A DNA stretch of 61,914 bases, the filler included, from Basidiobolus ranarum (taxonomy: Eukaryota): NCBI GenBank assembly GCA_040143965.1. It is 8 parts of 8 records of this genome, joined end to end, with 100 filler letters (N's around TTAATTAATTAA, not from the genome) between each part and the next. Parts side by side here need not be neighbours in the genome. Positions count along the whole stretch, not along the records: positions 31,062 to 38,707 come from JASJQH010007962.1; positions 38,808 to 46,447 come from JASJQH010007963.1; positions 46,548 to 54,184 come from JASJQH010007964.1; 5 more parts are not named here. The stretch is one strand, 5' to 3'. Under the pieces are notes generated by a model. It was given only the letters and a program-made list of their open reading frames with translations. It was not told where the DNA came from and made no database searches. Shown here piece after piece: positions 37,927-49,836 of the stretch; the stretch's first letter is position 1; every line of letters begins with the position of its first letter. The position numbers and the translations under genes are program-made.

Positions 37927-38707
37927 TGTTGAAGTTAGAGAAGTGGCAGCTCATTATTCAGTAGTTAGTTCATTCATATTCTGAATATTTGGCACTCAAT
38001 TCTGCCATTTTATAATGTGTGCACATTGCTCTAATTTATAGAAATACTAATTAGATCACAGTCCTGACACTCTTGGCCATCCATAACCTTAATTTACACC
38101 AAATATATGTAAAAACAGCCTTTTAAATTGAAATCTAGAAGAAGAGGTATGTATGGAGCAACCAGATTTATTTGTTGGCCCAAAGCACCCTGATATGGTT
38201 TGTGAACTGGAAAAATTGCTACATGGACTCAAGCAAGCACTTAGGGCGTGGTAAAAAAAAGATTGCTATCTCTTGGAAATTACTAAAATTCTAAAAGTGC
38301 ACTGCAAATCACAGTATTTATATCAAAACAACCCAAAGTAGATCCTTATCAAGGCACTATATGTGGATAACTTGTTCACAGCCACAAATGACCTACAGGC
38401 ACTGAATCAGACAAAAAGCTGCTTATCAAACCAATTTCAGATGATTAATATGAGTGAATTAAGTTCTTTTCTTGGCATACAAATCAAGAGAGATAAACCT
38501 AATCAGTAATTTATGCTGATTTGATATGGATATATCCTAGACATCCTTAAATACTTTAACATGGAGAATATCAAGCCTGTATTCTGCCAATGGATCCCAA
38601 TGTGAAATCAATTAGAATTTCATCCAATTTGGCCCAAATTGACTCAAATTAAAGCCATGTGTTCTCTTACCAAACCATGATGGGTATTTTAATATATACA
38701 GTGTTTG
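37927..38707 (+). mobile_element. Copia family-A LTR fragment plus RT fragment
   Basis: TGTTGAAGTTAG.. LTR start; KTAF, LHGLKQA, YVDNL, FLGIQI. Confidence 0.85.
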
Positions 38708-38807
38708 NNNNNNNNNNNNNNNNNNNNNNNNNNNNNNNNNNNNNNNNNNNNTTAATTAATTAANNNNNNNNNNNNNNNNNNNNNNNNNNNNNNNNNNNNN
38801 NNNNNNN
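38708..38807. other. Artificial contig linker
   Basis: N44-TTAATTAATTAA-N44. Confidence 0.99.
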
Positions 38808-38808
38808 T

Positions 38809-39750
38809 CAACGTCAACAGATTGCCGAGATTGAGAAACAAGCCAAGGAGCAATCTCAACTCACAGCAGTCACCACAAAGACGCAAAACATTCACGGTGA
38901 TGAGATGATTGTAACTACCACAAGTAACTACGAAACTCAAACCTTCTCCTCGAAAACTGAATGGAGAACTCGTGCCATATCATCGACTAATCTCAACCTT
39001 CGTACCAACCATATCTATGTCACATCTGATGATATCAAAGAGACCGGCTATACTTACATTCTTCCCAAGAATGTGCTTAAGCGCTTCATCACTATCTCCG
39101 ATCTCCGTACACAGATTTCTGGTTACATGTATGGTGTTTCTCCACCTGACAATCAACAAGTCAAGGAGATTCGCTGTATTGTTCTGGTTCCTCAATGGGG
39201 TACTCACCAGACCATCCACCTGCCTCACCAACTTCCAGACCATGAGTATCTCCGAGATTATGAGCCTCTTGGCTGGATACATACACAGCCTAATGAGCTT
39301 CCTCAGCTGGCGCCACAAGATGTCACTACTCATGCCGCGATTATGAGTGAGAACAAATCTTGGGATGGTGAAAGAACTATCATCATTACCTGCTCCTTCA
39401 CCCCAGGTTCATGCTCTCTCACTGCTTATAAGCTTACACCCTCTGGATATGAGTGGGGCCGTAACAACAAGGACTCTGGCAATAACCCTCAAGGTTATTC
39501 CCCATCACATTATGAGAAGGTTCAAATGCTTCTTTCAGATCGTTTCCTTGGATTCTTCATGGTTCCTGAAGATGGTATTTGGAATTATAACTTTATGGGT
39601 CCCAAACATCGTCCGGATATGAAATACAATGTTCAGCTAGATACTCCTAAGGAGTTCTATCACGAGATACACCGACCCAGTCACTTCTTGAACTTCTCCA
39701 GTATGGAAGAAGTGAGCATCGAAACGGATCGTGAGGATGTATTTGGTTAA
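38809..39750 (+). CDS. PRP8: Prp8 C-terminal Jab1/MPN-like domain (5'-truncated)
   Basis: [61 protein letters not shown]. Confidence 0.98.
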   Translation, partial: QRQQIAEIEKQAKEQSQLTAVTTKTQNIHGDEMIVTTTSNYETQTFSSKTEWRTRAISSTNLNLRTNHIYVTSDDIKETGYTYILPKNVLKRFITISDLRTQISGYMYGVSPPDNQQVKEIRCIVLVPQWGTHQTIHLPHQLPDHEYLRDYEPLGWIHTQPNELPQLAPQDVTTHAAIMSENKSWDGERTIIITCSFTPGSCSLTAYKLTPSGYEWGRNNKDSGNNPQGYSPSHYEKVQMLLSDRFLGFFMVPEDGIWNYNFMGPKHRPDMKYNVQLDTPKEFYHEIHRPSHFLNFSSMEEVSIETDREDVFG

Positions 39751-40174
39751 ATTCCGAGGACGAATTGATTTTTTGTAATTTATTCATTTCTTTCTTTATT
39801 TCTTTCATTCATTACTGCTTTCTATGAAAACCACAAAAATAACTAATACTGAGAAATTGCACGTAGTTAAGTTTCTTTTCTCTCTGTAGTTAAATACTTT
39901 ATTTTGACAGTAGCTTCTCATAGTTCATTATTGCTGTATACATCTTATAAATAAACAGCGACAAGTGCCAACAAATCCCTATCCCTTCTTCACCTTATTG
40001 CAGTGATAACCCTAAGTGATGTGTAACAATGAATAGCCCCCAATGAACAGCCCTAACTGGTTTCATCCCCTCATGACAGTGTCAACATGGACTCAATAGA
40101 CGGAAGTTTAAAAGGTTTATTATTGGAAATTAAGTACAGAAGATGGAAGGGGAAAGGCTCCAGCAGGTTGACCT

Positions 40175-41323
40175 CTAATGAGATTTAGCGAACTGCTCCA
40201 TGTATTGGACCAGCGCTTCGACACCCTCCTCAGGCATAGCATTATATAAAGAGGCTCTAATTCCACCAACCGATCTGTGTCCTTTCAACTGTACCATATT
40301 CAATGAATCAGCCCCTTTAAGGAATTCTGACTCGAGTTCCTCAGTGGTCAATCGGAAAGGGATGTTCATTTTGGATCTAACTTTCTCATCCACGGGGCAT
40401 TTGTAAATATCGTATTTATCGATGACATCGTAGACCTTTCTAGCTTTACGTTCGTTAATACTTTGAATGGCAGAGATTCCACCTAATTCCAATAACCATT
40501 CAAGGACAAGTGCTACACCGTAAATACTGAACATTGGTGGAGTATTGTACAGGGAGTCGTTATCAGCCTGTATTTTGTAATCGAACATAAGGGGAATTGG
40601 CCAAGTTGGATTGGATTGATTCTCAATTGAAGGTCTATTCAATAAATCTTCGCGTATGATCACGATAGTCACTCCACTTGGTCCCATATTCTTTTGAGCG
40701 CCTGCGTAAATGATACCAAACTTTGAAACATCCACTTGACGGGATAAAATATTGGATGACATATCACACACCAAAGGTACATTGGGATCGATCTCTGGAA
40801 TCGAATCGAATTCTACTCCATGTACGGTTTCATTATCACAATAGTAAACATAAGCTGCCTCACTACCAGTGAGTTTCCAATTCTCTTTGGGTGGTACCGA
40901 GGTATAGGAGCCAGTCTCTTTTTTCGTATTAAACACAATGTTAACGTTGGCACCTAAGTGTTTGGCCTCTTCGGAAGCTTTTTGCGACCAACTACCAGTG
41001 ACTAGATAGTCTACAGGGGCGTTGCGGTCACCCTTATGTGCGAGGAGATTAAATACAACGGCGGAGAATTGAGTGGAGCCTCCACCTTGCATGAAGAGAA
41101 CTCGATAGTTGCTTGGAATATTCAGCAAAGTTTTTAAGTTCGAGGTGGTCTCATCCATGAGCTTTTGAAAGGTTTTAGAACGGTGAGAAATCTCAATGAC
41201 TGACATACCAGTACCGTCATAATTTAATAGGTCCCTCTGTGCTTTCTCAAGTACTGAGGTAGGTAATACCGAAGGACCAGCACCAAAATTCCATACCTTT
41301 AAAGTATCCTTACCAGTAGTCAT
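40175..41323 (-). CDS. SER1: Phosphoserine aminotransferase, intronless
   Basis: NFGAGP, EISHRS, QGGG, NETVHGVE, DMSS, YAGAQKN (PLP lysine), YNTPP, GHRSVGGIRASLYNA. Confidence 0.98.
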   Translation of the reverse strand: MTTGKDTLKVWNFGAGPSVLPTSVLEKAQRDLLNYDGTGMSVIEISHRSKTFQKLMDETTSNLKTLLNIPSNYRVLFMQGGGSTQFSAVVFNLLAHKGDRNAPVDYLVTGSWSQKASEEAKHLGANVNIVFNTKKETGSYTSVPPKENWKLTGSEAAYVYYCDNETVHGVEFDSIPEIDPNVPLVCDMSSNILSRQVDVSKFGIIYAGAQKNMGPSGVTIVIIREDLLNRPSIENQSNPTWPIPLMFDYKIQADNDSLYNTPPMFSIYGVALVLEWLLELGGISAIQSINERKARKVYDVIDKYDIYKCPVDEKVRSKMNIPFRLTTEELESEFLKGADSLNMVQLKGHRSVGGIRASLYNAMPEEGVEALVQYMEQFAKSH

Positions 41324-41377
41324 ATTGAAAAAAGGAAAATTGATTAATGAAGTTGAGGTAAAGTTGGTGAGGAATTC

Positions 41378-41445
41378 TTTATACTCTCTCTATCGCAGGA
41401 ATCATGTAAAATTTCTCTCAGCAAACGGGTAAAAGTGATGAGTCA
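41378..41445 (-). promoter_or_regulatory. SER1 promoter: TATAAA (~41378-41383) and Gcn4/CpcA-type site TGACTCAT (41438-41445)
   Basis: Exact motif matches ~55 and ~115 bp upstream of an amino-acid biosynthesis gene. Confidence 0.55.
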
Positions 41446-41771
41446 AATTGACCTAACCCTCATGCTAATACACTACAAACCAATGAGATCTCAACGTTTA
41501 GTAATTATGGAAGTGAATGCCTTACTCGTCCAAAAAGTACAAAATCGGCATCCAGTTTATCTTATCTGACAGATTGTTGCGATAGAGTCAAGGTAGTACC
41601 AAATTGGCTTGTATTTAGGTTAAACATGCAGTATTTATTTTACAGAATCATTTAAATAGAAGAGCAAAAGGTTAATTAAAGTCCAAAAGTCCGCACCCCG
41701 TATTACTTATACTATTACGCACTAGGCACGGACATGGATGCAGCTGTAAATACATTATAAAGATCAATAAA

Positions 41772-42719
41772 TTAGGAAATATTAATTTCGTAGGGATTCT
41801 TCGGAATTATACTGTACTCCCATGATCTCCCCCCTTCCTCAGCTTCAGAAACCTCTGGCTTCCCCTGAGTTAGGGTGTCTTGCACTCGAATGGTTGGATC
41901 TAGTCCAGCCAGAGATTGATCAGGCTGAAAGCTCAGTGATCCACCGTTGGATAGACTATGAGACTCGACGAAGATCTTTCTTGTATCCTCTACAATAAAG
42001 ATGAGTAGTAGTGACTGGATAAGATTCACCACCGAGTAGGTCAAGTACAGGTAATCAGTAAGATAGACGGTGATCTGGCCGACCAGTACCTCACTGAAAG
42101 CAATCAGGCCTGTGAATATGCAGTTGTTAATTAGCAGATGTTTCCACCCTTTAGATGAGGACATCTTGGTGGGAGCGCCCCGCCTGACAAGCTTGACAAG
42201 GTGTTCCACGAAAAAGGCCAGGATCAGAAGTTCGCTAGCGATCTTGATATATTGCATCATGGCAGATAGTTCATAATTCATCACTATATTACATACCTCG
42301 CCAATGTTGTTGTTCGGTCCCTGAATCGTGGTCACTAGCCAAATGCATAACCCAAATCGAATGATCCAGGTTGGTATCAGTAATACCGTCAGTAGCTTTC
42401 TGTAATTCGTGAATGACCTGCATCGAATATACATCACTGCTTCTGTGGCAATGGCGAAGAATTGGTAATCAATCCCACCAATGATGGCGACTAACTTACA
42501 GGATATGGGATATCCAGCACAGAGTAGCATGATGGTGATGTTCCGAATGCTTCCAAATAACAGCTGTGCCGTCATGGCCACTTTAAACGGCCGTTTATGA
42601 GCCACTAAGCCTTTATCTAGAGACTGTATAAACAGTAGTACAAGCCAAGAGGCTCCAACCGTGGTAACAGTAGAGTTTACCAGGTTGTTCATGATAACTT
42701 GTGTGGGAATGGAGCTCAT
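41772..42719 (-). CDS. Orphan 7-transmembrane, GPCR-like protein, intronless
   Basis: Seven hydrophobic segments; Cys at the start of TM3 (ISCKLV) and in the TM4-5 loop (EVCNIV); Ser/acidic C-tail; likely start MSSIPTQ. Confidence 0.7.
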   Translation of the reverse strand: MSSIPTQVIMNNLVNSTVTTVGASWLVLLFIQSLDKGLVAHKRPFKVAMTAQLLFGSIRNITIMLLCAGYPISCKLVAIIGGIDYQFFAIATEAVMYIRCRSFTNYRKLLTVLLIPTWIIRFGLCIWLVTTIQGPNNNIGEVCNIVMNYELSAMMQYIKIASELLILAFFVEHLVKLVRRGAPTKMSSSKGWKHLLINNCIFTGLIAFSEVLVGQITVYLTDYLYLTYSVVNLIQSLLLIFIVEDTRKIFVESHSLSNGGSLSFQPDQSLAGLDPTIRVQDTLTQGKPEVSEAEEGGRSWEYSIIPKNPYEINIS

Positions 42720-43480
42720 ACTAGTGATGGTTCCAGTAGTGGTTCGAGAGGAATTGTGAGTGGCTTGAATTAAGAATGTGAGAAGGATAACCTCCGGAAA
42801 GGCGGACCAGACCTTGAAAATAGGTGACTGATGTGACAAGAAAAGAAAGTTGTTTGCAAAAATGGGCCAACGTGAGAAAGAGTAGTTGTTGCGGTTATAT
42901 AGAAGCTATCCCAATCCACAGCCAATCATCGAATGAAAGCGATCCAAACATCGTTATTATTACACTAGCACTATTGATCGCTTCCTTAAAAACTAATAAT
43001 ACAATGGTTGTCTGACCAAAGCAGGTTCGATTGGAAAGTTTGAGCACTGGAGACATCTCAACATATTTGAATACATCTCAATATATACTAGATTGCATGC
43101 TATTCGACATTGAAATTAAGGGGATAGTATCGGACAGTTGCGGTCGCGGTCGCGGATGAAACGCATTCTGATCAAAGGGATGCAAAGTGGGCTATCCTTG
43201 AGTGGCGTATGATATGGATATAATATGGTCACTCAATCCTACAATGAAATATCTGACATCTTGGCAGCAATCTGGACATTACTCAGGAGTAGTTCAAGTC
43301 TGGTGTTGTCAAAGACGTTTGTTTCATTGTTATCAGCTAAAATATGCCACCTCTATTTGTTTCAGAGCGTTGATCCCATTCTTACATTCTCACGTACAGT
43401 AGGGGATTATACTTTGTTCCCAAATGAGCATTAGGAAATCCATTTTGTGGATTACTCTTAGTAGAGCGCTAACATACTCT

Positions 43481-43650
43481 ACCATATTCTGACCATATTG
43501 CATGTAAACATAGTGTGGAAGGATACCCTAACCATATTGCATGTAATCATAGAGTGGAGGGATAGATGTTTATATTCTAACCCGATTACATATGCATGGC
43601 GCCAGCAATGTCTGCTATAGCTAACCCGAGTACGTATATATGGTAGCCGT
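43481..43650. repeat. Degenerate ~39-45 bp direct repeats
   Basis: ACCATATTGCATGTAA.CATAG.GTGGA.GGATA twice (43492, 43531), then two CTAACCCGA.TAC.TAT..ATGG units. Confidence 0.6.
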
Positions 43651-44116
43651 TATATCCACCTTAATCCTAAGTATGATGTGCCAGACTTGTGTGTCAGACT
43701 TGGCTCACTCGTATAAGCCACTGGTAAATATTGTTCTTCAATACATCACACAAAAAGGTTAAATGAAGGAGAGGGAAAAAGTAGGACATGTCAAGTCAAA
43801 GTCACTCGCGACGTCACTTCAAGAAATGTAATACAAGTGTGATATGCATATTTAGACATTGAATCGAGTCAATATCTTAGGGGCCTATTTATGAATCTTA
43901 AGGCTAACACACATGTACAATTGGTAAATACGTTTACCCTTCTTCAAGAAATACTTACCTACCCCGCTGTTCAATATTCTCGCCGATGTGACGGCAATGC
44001 CACCGCTGCCTTCATGACGACAAGTAAGGGTGAACAGAATATCTAGTGAAAGCAGAATGGTGTAATTTTCTTATCAAGTCAAACAATCCTATTAAATTTA
44101 TATTAAATGATCTGAA

Positions 44117-44158
44117 CCATACATTGAGCCATACATTGAGCCATACATTAAGCCATAC
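44117..44158. repeat. 12-bp tandem repeat (CCATACATTGAG) x3.5
   Basis: Directly visible. Confidence 0.9.
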
Positions 44159-45353
44159 GGTTGGGAGTAATTAAATCTCGATGAATGAAGTCATGTGCTT
44201 GCTGTGACCAATTGAGGCTTTATAAAATACTCAGTTGGAACTGCAACGCCCAATTACAACCGGCCCGCTCTACTGAACTTCTTTCCGTAGAGGATAATAG
44301 ATACTAGTGATATTCACTAATGACATTTGGCTTCTAAATAAGGCTATGAGTTGTAACTTGGTGGACAGAGTAACATCCTGCGGGGAAATCTTTTACAAGC
44401 ACACTGTAGGTGTGAATACTATTAGTAGTATCAACTCGATCTATTTCTGAAATCCAGTCACTTTTTCCAAGTAGGCCACCTCTTTTCATGGAAGTCGGCA
44501 AGTATCAGGATAAGTATCCAACCAGGATAGCTTAGTACTGTGCAAATTCTACTGGATTTAACTAGTGCTTTAATATCAGAGTTTAAGTGATAAATTAACG
44601 CTTAACTTCATGATTCTATCGTGGTTTGATAAAACCAGATCATTAAATAGCTAAAGGTCGGAAAAGGTTATGAGATTTTAAGTCATTCAGTATTCGATAT
44701 GCTTTGAAAGCATTATTTATTACGAGTATACTAACCATGAGTATACTGACCCTAACCCCAAGTTTAGAATTCCAATTACATGATGACTACAATAACAATA
44801 GTAATATTGTTTTCTGTTTAGAAGAGCTTTATAATTCACTTTCTGATGAAATGCCGGAGATGTGTTGTAAGTTGAGGAATAAAAGTATCATTCTTGAGAT
44901 CTTCATATAATCCCAACTTAGGTTAAGCCAAAATCTACATAAGGTGGGTGTATAGGTAGACTTGCCATTCCTGATTGTACCTATAGAGCATTCATGATGA
45001 GTCCACTTGAGGTCGGAAAGAATATGGGCAGAAAGAATCTGGATACTAGAACATTTGTTGGTCAGCTATCTCAACATCACAAGCCCTGATAGTACCAATC
45101 AATGCGACTGTTATCAACAGTAGTGAAATGCCTGCTGGAGCGTAGATACTCGGCAAGAATGTTTAGATCTTTACAAAAATGCTTTCACATGGGTATCGAT
45201 CTTCTAGGCATTCACATATCCAATGCACTAATTCATGTGACTAGGGGCTTGCATTGTTTGTTAGGTCATCCGTAGCCTCAATTCTCCCAGCATGCATGAA
45301 TACTAGTATGAAAGGTTTATCTTTGTATACTAGTGCTGGCATATTTGATTTAA

Positions 45354-45607
45354 GATTGCTACCACTACCACTACCACTCGGATGATGTACACAAATGGGG
45401 CCTGCGTCAGTGTCAACCAATTATATTTGTGACTAACAGTTTTGTTATATATCAAACCAGTGATAAGTGCCCAAGCTAGTGGCAATGAGGTTAGATTGCT
45501 ACCAGTCAGGTTCGTATTGACAGGCGTCAGTTTATACCAATTATATTTGTATCTTAGTGCTTAGTCATATGTATCAAATGTGCGACCCAGCCCCAAGCTA
45601 GCGTCAA
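45354..45607. repeat. Diverged tandem duplication, ~120-140 bp unit
   Basis: GATTGCTACCA..GCGTCAGT..ACCAATTATATTTGT..TATCAAA..CCCAAGCTAG occurs twice in the same order. Confidence 0.65.
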
Positions 45608-46294
45608 GTTCCTTTTGATTAGTATTTATTGAGAATCATGTATACTATTTGCTCTACGTTGAAATCGAGGTCTCTCTAATAAGCAAAAGGAATTCTACAG
45701 TCCGGGAGTTACTTGAAGAAGTCAACACCATCAGCAGTGTTTTCTCCAAGACATATAGTAAAACACTGCGTTATGGAGAGAAATGTTATCAAGTAGCAGT
45801 TTTGGTTTTATGACATGTGAATAGTACTATGCCACATTATGACTGACACTGAGACTTGAAAAATTCAAGAAAGATCTGCCATGTTTTGTAATTATCAAGT
45901 TTTATGTAGCAATTTTACATATTCTGTACTAGTAATAAGTAAGATAAGTGAGAGGCATTGATACAGTTTTTTATCATGAAAATAAACTTTTGGCTGAAAC
46001 TAGTCAAATCTTTTAGCAAAAAATATCACTTGACACTATACTTCACTGATTTTAGGATCTAAAATATTGCTCCAATTGTAACTTTGCAGACTCATAAGCA
46101 AAATTTCTATTTCTCAATTCATGCTTTCTATCCTCATCAGCTTTGATATATATTTTCTTGCAACTTCTGAAGGCAAGAAGATATAGTATTTTCTCCAAAG
46201 CACAGTCAAAAGTTGCTTTCATTTTGTCTAATTACTCTTCCCTGGCTTTTGTCAAGTCTATCAGTAACTGCCAAATATTCAAGCAAAAACTTGG

Positions 46295-46447
46295 GGGGGG
46301 GATGAAAAGCACCAGATGGTGTGGACTTTATTTAGCTTAAATACTAATCTAAACAAAGTGACAATCAAGGCATCAATCTTTTAAGATATTGTGACAATAC
46401 TGGATCATATCCATACTTAACCTGATGACCAATATAATCAAGCTCAG
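46295..46447. repeat. LTR-like repeat family C (partial)
   Basis: Reverse complement of 15637-15788. Confidence 0.8.
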
Positions 46448-46547
46448 NNNNNNNNNNNNNNNNNNNNNNNNNNNNNNNNNNNNNNNNNNNNTTAATTAAT
46501 TAANNNNNNNNNNNNNNNNNNNNNNNNNNNNNNNNNNNNNNNNNNNN
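46448..46547. other. Artificial contig linker
   Basis: N44-TTAATTAATTAA-N44. Confidence 0.99.
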
Positions 46548-47180
46548 AATGCTGCTTGAATATCACCTAAACAACTTAGTCCAAATTACACCGGTACTTA
46601 CTCTGTGTCCATTGATTGGTCTTTGTTGCTGCTGTTGTGCTCAAACAATGCAAAAACCCATGAGTGCATTGCGAAGAGCCCTTTGTTGGAAGGCTATCTT
46701 AATCTGAGTCTCCTTAACCCATTGAATTACATCCATAGCTGATTTTGCTGATACATTGTTAGTCAGCAGTCTTGGGAAGGAATCATGACATCAGAAGTCC
46801 AACATATCAATACATTTTTCTCTATGATAATGGAGCCACAATATGGAATAGTAAGATGCAAACAACCATAGCACTTTAACTGGAGAAGCAGAGTGAGTCA
46901 TTGCCTGTATTATTACACTGGAAGCTCTGCAGTTAAGCAAGTCCTTTACATACTTGGGATACATGCAAAATGTGCTTTTTTAAAATTTAAAGATAATCAA
47001 AGTTGAATTTCACTAGCTAGAAACCTAAATCTCATGGTGGAACAAAACAAATAAGTATAAAGTATCATTTTGTTTGAGAAGCAACAGAGATTGCTATTAT
47101 TGAACTTGACAAAATCTCAATTAACTGTTAATATATTCATATCTTATAGTTCTTATATGACCAACAATTACACTGGGCTG
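46548..47180 (+). mobile_element. Very degenerate copia RT-end/RNase H fragment
   Basis: ADFAD, RSPTY, WNSKMQTTIAL, EAE, DNQS, TKQI..YHFV remnants. Confidence 0.65.
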
Positions 47181-47353
47181 AGTAAGGTAGATTTGTGTTT
47201 TATTAAAACTGGGCCTATGTTTGTTGGGGGAGATGCCCCTGAATTTATACTTAAAGTTACTGAATAGATGGGTAATTACTCATCTGCTGATTATTAACCT
47301 TCTCACAGTATCAGGATCATACTATATCAAAATGTAATGTAATTGGCAAAGAC

Positions 47354-49836
47354 TACTGAAATTAGGTTAATAGCAACTCACTATTTGGTAGTTAGTTTAT
47401 TGATATTCTGATTACTTAGCAGTCCATTCTGCTATTCAAAATGTGTGTTTATTGGTCTCAATAAATGATATATCAACTAGAAAACTTTTACCAACTTTCA
47501 CTATTGTCTCAAAACCTCTCCAAGTCACCTCAAATTTTCACCTGTGCTTTACAGGTTTGTTGTGATCTAAGCCTGTCCAATAGTAATACCTCAGAGTAAA
47601 CTATAGATGAGTTACATTCAGTTCAATAAAGCTCAAGTGTCTAATAGCAAATCCAAATCTTGTCCAAACACTTCCAAATCCCATAAACACTTTGATTAGG
47701 ATATGAGCTCCATGCTAGCTGTTGAAGGAATCTCTACCAGTATGATTACTGGCAATTATGCATACACAAAAAGGTCAGATGGTAAAGACTTACACCTTTG
47801 AAAGGCCAAGAAGCAAATAGTGCTGGAAGCCAAGTAACCACAGGGATTGGTTACAGGAGAAGAAATAGAGCCAAACAGACCACCTGAGGCCATCCTTGCA
47901 TTTTGCAGGAAGCACAAGAAGGCACTCTTAATACTTGGTCTACATCTCAGAGACTCTCAATTGAGGCACATACACTCATTCAGAAATTTCCAAAAGGCTA
48001 GGAAAACACTTGAGGGACTCTATGAGACTAACAGTCTAGTTAATAGGCTCTATCTTAGACAAAAGATAGTCTTGGTTCAGATGAATTCTGGTCATTCTAT
48101 GGCCAAACATTTAAATTGGATCCAAGCTGTGGTAAATCAGCTATCATTCCATGGAGCACTTCTATGAAAGCAAGATATAGTCATGGCACTACTCAGGAGC
48201 CTGCCAGAGATGTTTTGGAATCTCATAATTGCCCTAGAATCAAGCTCAGAGTCATTAACAATGGAATATGTTGGTGCTGGGCTTTTGAATGAGGAATTAA
48301 AGAGATCAAATTCTCTTTAAAGTGATGCAGAACAGGCATTGTTTGGAGCTGAAAAACATCTGACAGGCTTCAATAATGGTGCCTCTAATAGGTAATCACT
48401 CATCAGCCAGTATTGTAAAAAACCAGCCTATTTAATCAAAGATTGCAGGAAGATAATGTATACTAACAAGCCAAAATTGGAACAAGCAAATGAGGTAGAC
48501 TAATAGGGATCATGAATTTGCATCTGCCCTATCAGTGTCCACCAAGGAACACTCACAGGTATGTTTCAGGACCTTCCCAGCATATAGCTTACAAGAGTGA
48601 TTGATTTTCCAGCTTAAAGCCCATCCAAACAAGGAGGGTCTACTCAGAAGATTACTATGCACTAGATGTGGTCAGTAAGAGTACATTTATCCACAATTTT
48701 GACCAAATTCAGTACACCACTGTCAAATTGGCTGATCTACACTATGAACCACACATAGCTAGGAATCTACGCAGAGTAAGCCAAGCAACAGCTCAAGAGC
48801 TAAGTTTGGTGTTCAGCAAGGCTTGATGCACTCTCACAGCTCAAAACAATACCAAATTAGATACTGGGATTAAAACACAAAACTATACCAGCTGGTAGTC
48901 AATTAATTGCATGCAAGCATGCAAACATGGCCAAAACCAGCAAAATAAGGTGTCAAATGTGGCCTAGCCAATTAGGACACATTGGGGAACAAAAACTGCT
49001 TCAACTGTACCCACTTTGAGCAAGTTTCAGGCTTAGAAATTGAAAATGTCACCAAATAGGATCTGTGTGAAGGTTGCCTATGTGGAATTTATCATATATA
49101 GCTGTTTTCAAGCCCTGGATAAAATCAAATCACTAAGAAATTTGCACTGATTCTTCCAAACCTATTTGGGCCCATGAAGAATCTCTCACTAGGTGCCAAA
49201 AGATACTTTATGACCTAATTTGATGATAAATCAGGATATATTTGGGTATTCTTACTCAAATCAAAATCAGAAGCCTTAACTAACTTAAAGCACTACAAAG
49301 CAATGGCAGAGAAAGGATAAGGATAAGCAGAATAAACAAAGGTACAAAACACTCAATAATGGTTGGGAATAGTGCACTAATGATAATGCTGTAATGGCTT
49401 TAATCAAGGTATTAAGCTACAAATTACTGCACCTTGTACTCCACAGCTATAAGAAGTTGCAAAATATGTCAATAGAAATATAGTGGTGCTGGCAAGAATA
49501 ATGTTACATGAGCAAAAGTTTGATTTCAAAAATTGGTCTGAATATATCTCCACTGCAGTCTATATTAAAAACAGATGCCCCACAAAAACAAGTATCCTTG
49601 TCTTGGCACCATATGTGCATGACTTGATCATAGCCACAAATGATCTGGAAGCACTTAAATTGACAAAAAGGAGCTTATGAAACTAATTTCAGATGACTGC
49701 TATGGGTGAGTTCAGTTAGTCCCTTGCAAGCCAAATCAAGAGTGAAAACACTGATCAGAAAATCATGTTGAATCAGTCTAAAACAATCTCAGACATCCCT
49801 AAAATGCTTCAACATGGACAAAAGCTAGGCTGTATC
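47354..49836 (+). mobile_element. Degenerate copia family-A element with an IN-to-RT internal deletion
   Basis: LTR ~47354-47698, PBS GGATATGAGCTCC, gag (RLYLRQK), integrase; NRCPTK is joined directly to ILVLAPYVHDL at ~49590. Confidence 0.85.

Noticed and set aside
38809-39750. PRP8 intein
   Set aside because: The visible C-terminal region is colinear with Prp8; known intein sites lie upstream, outside the contig
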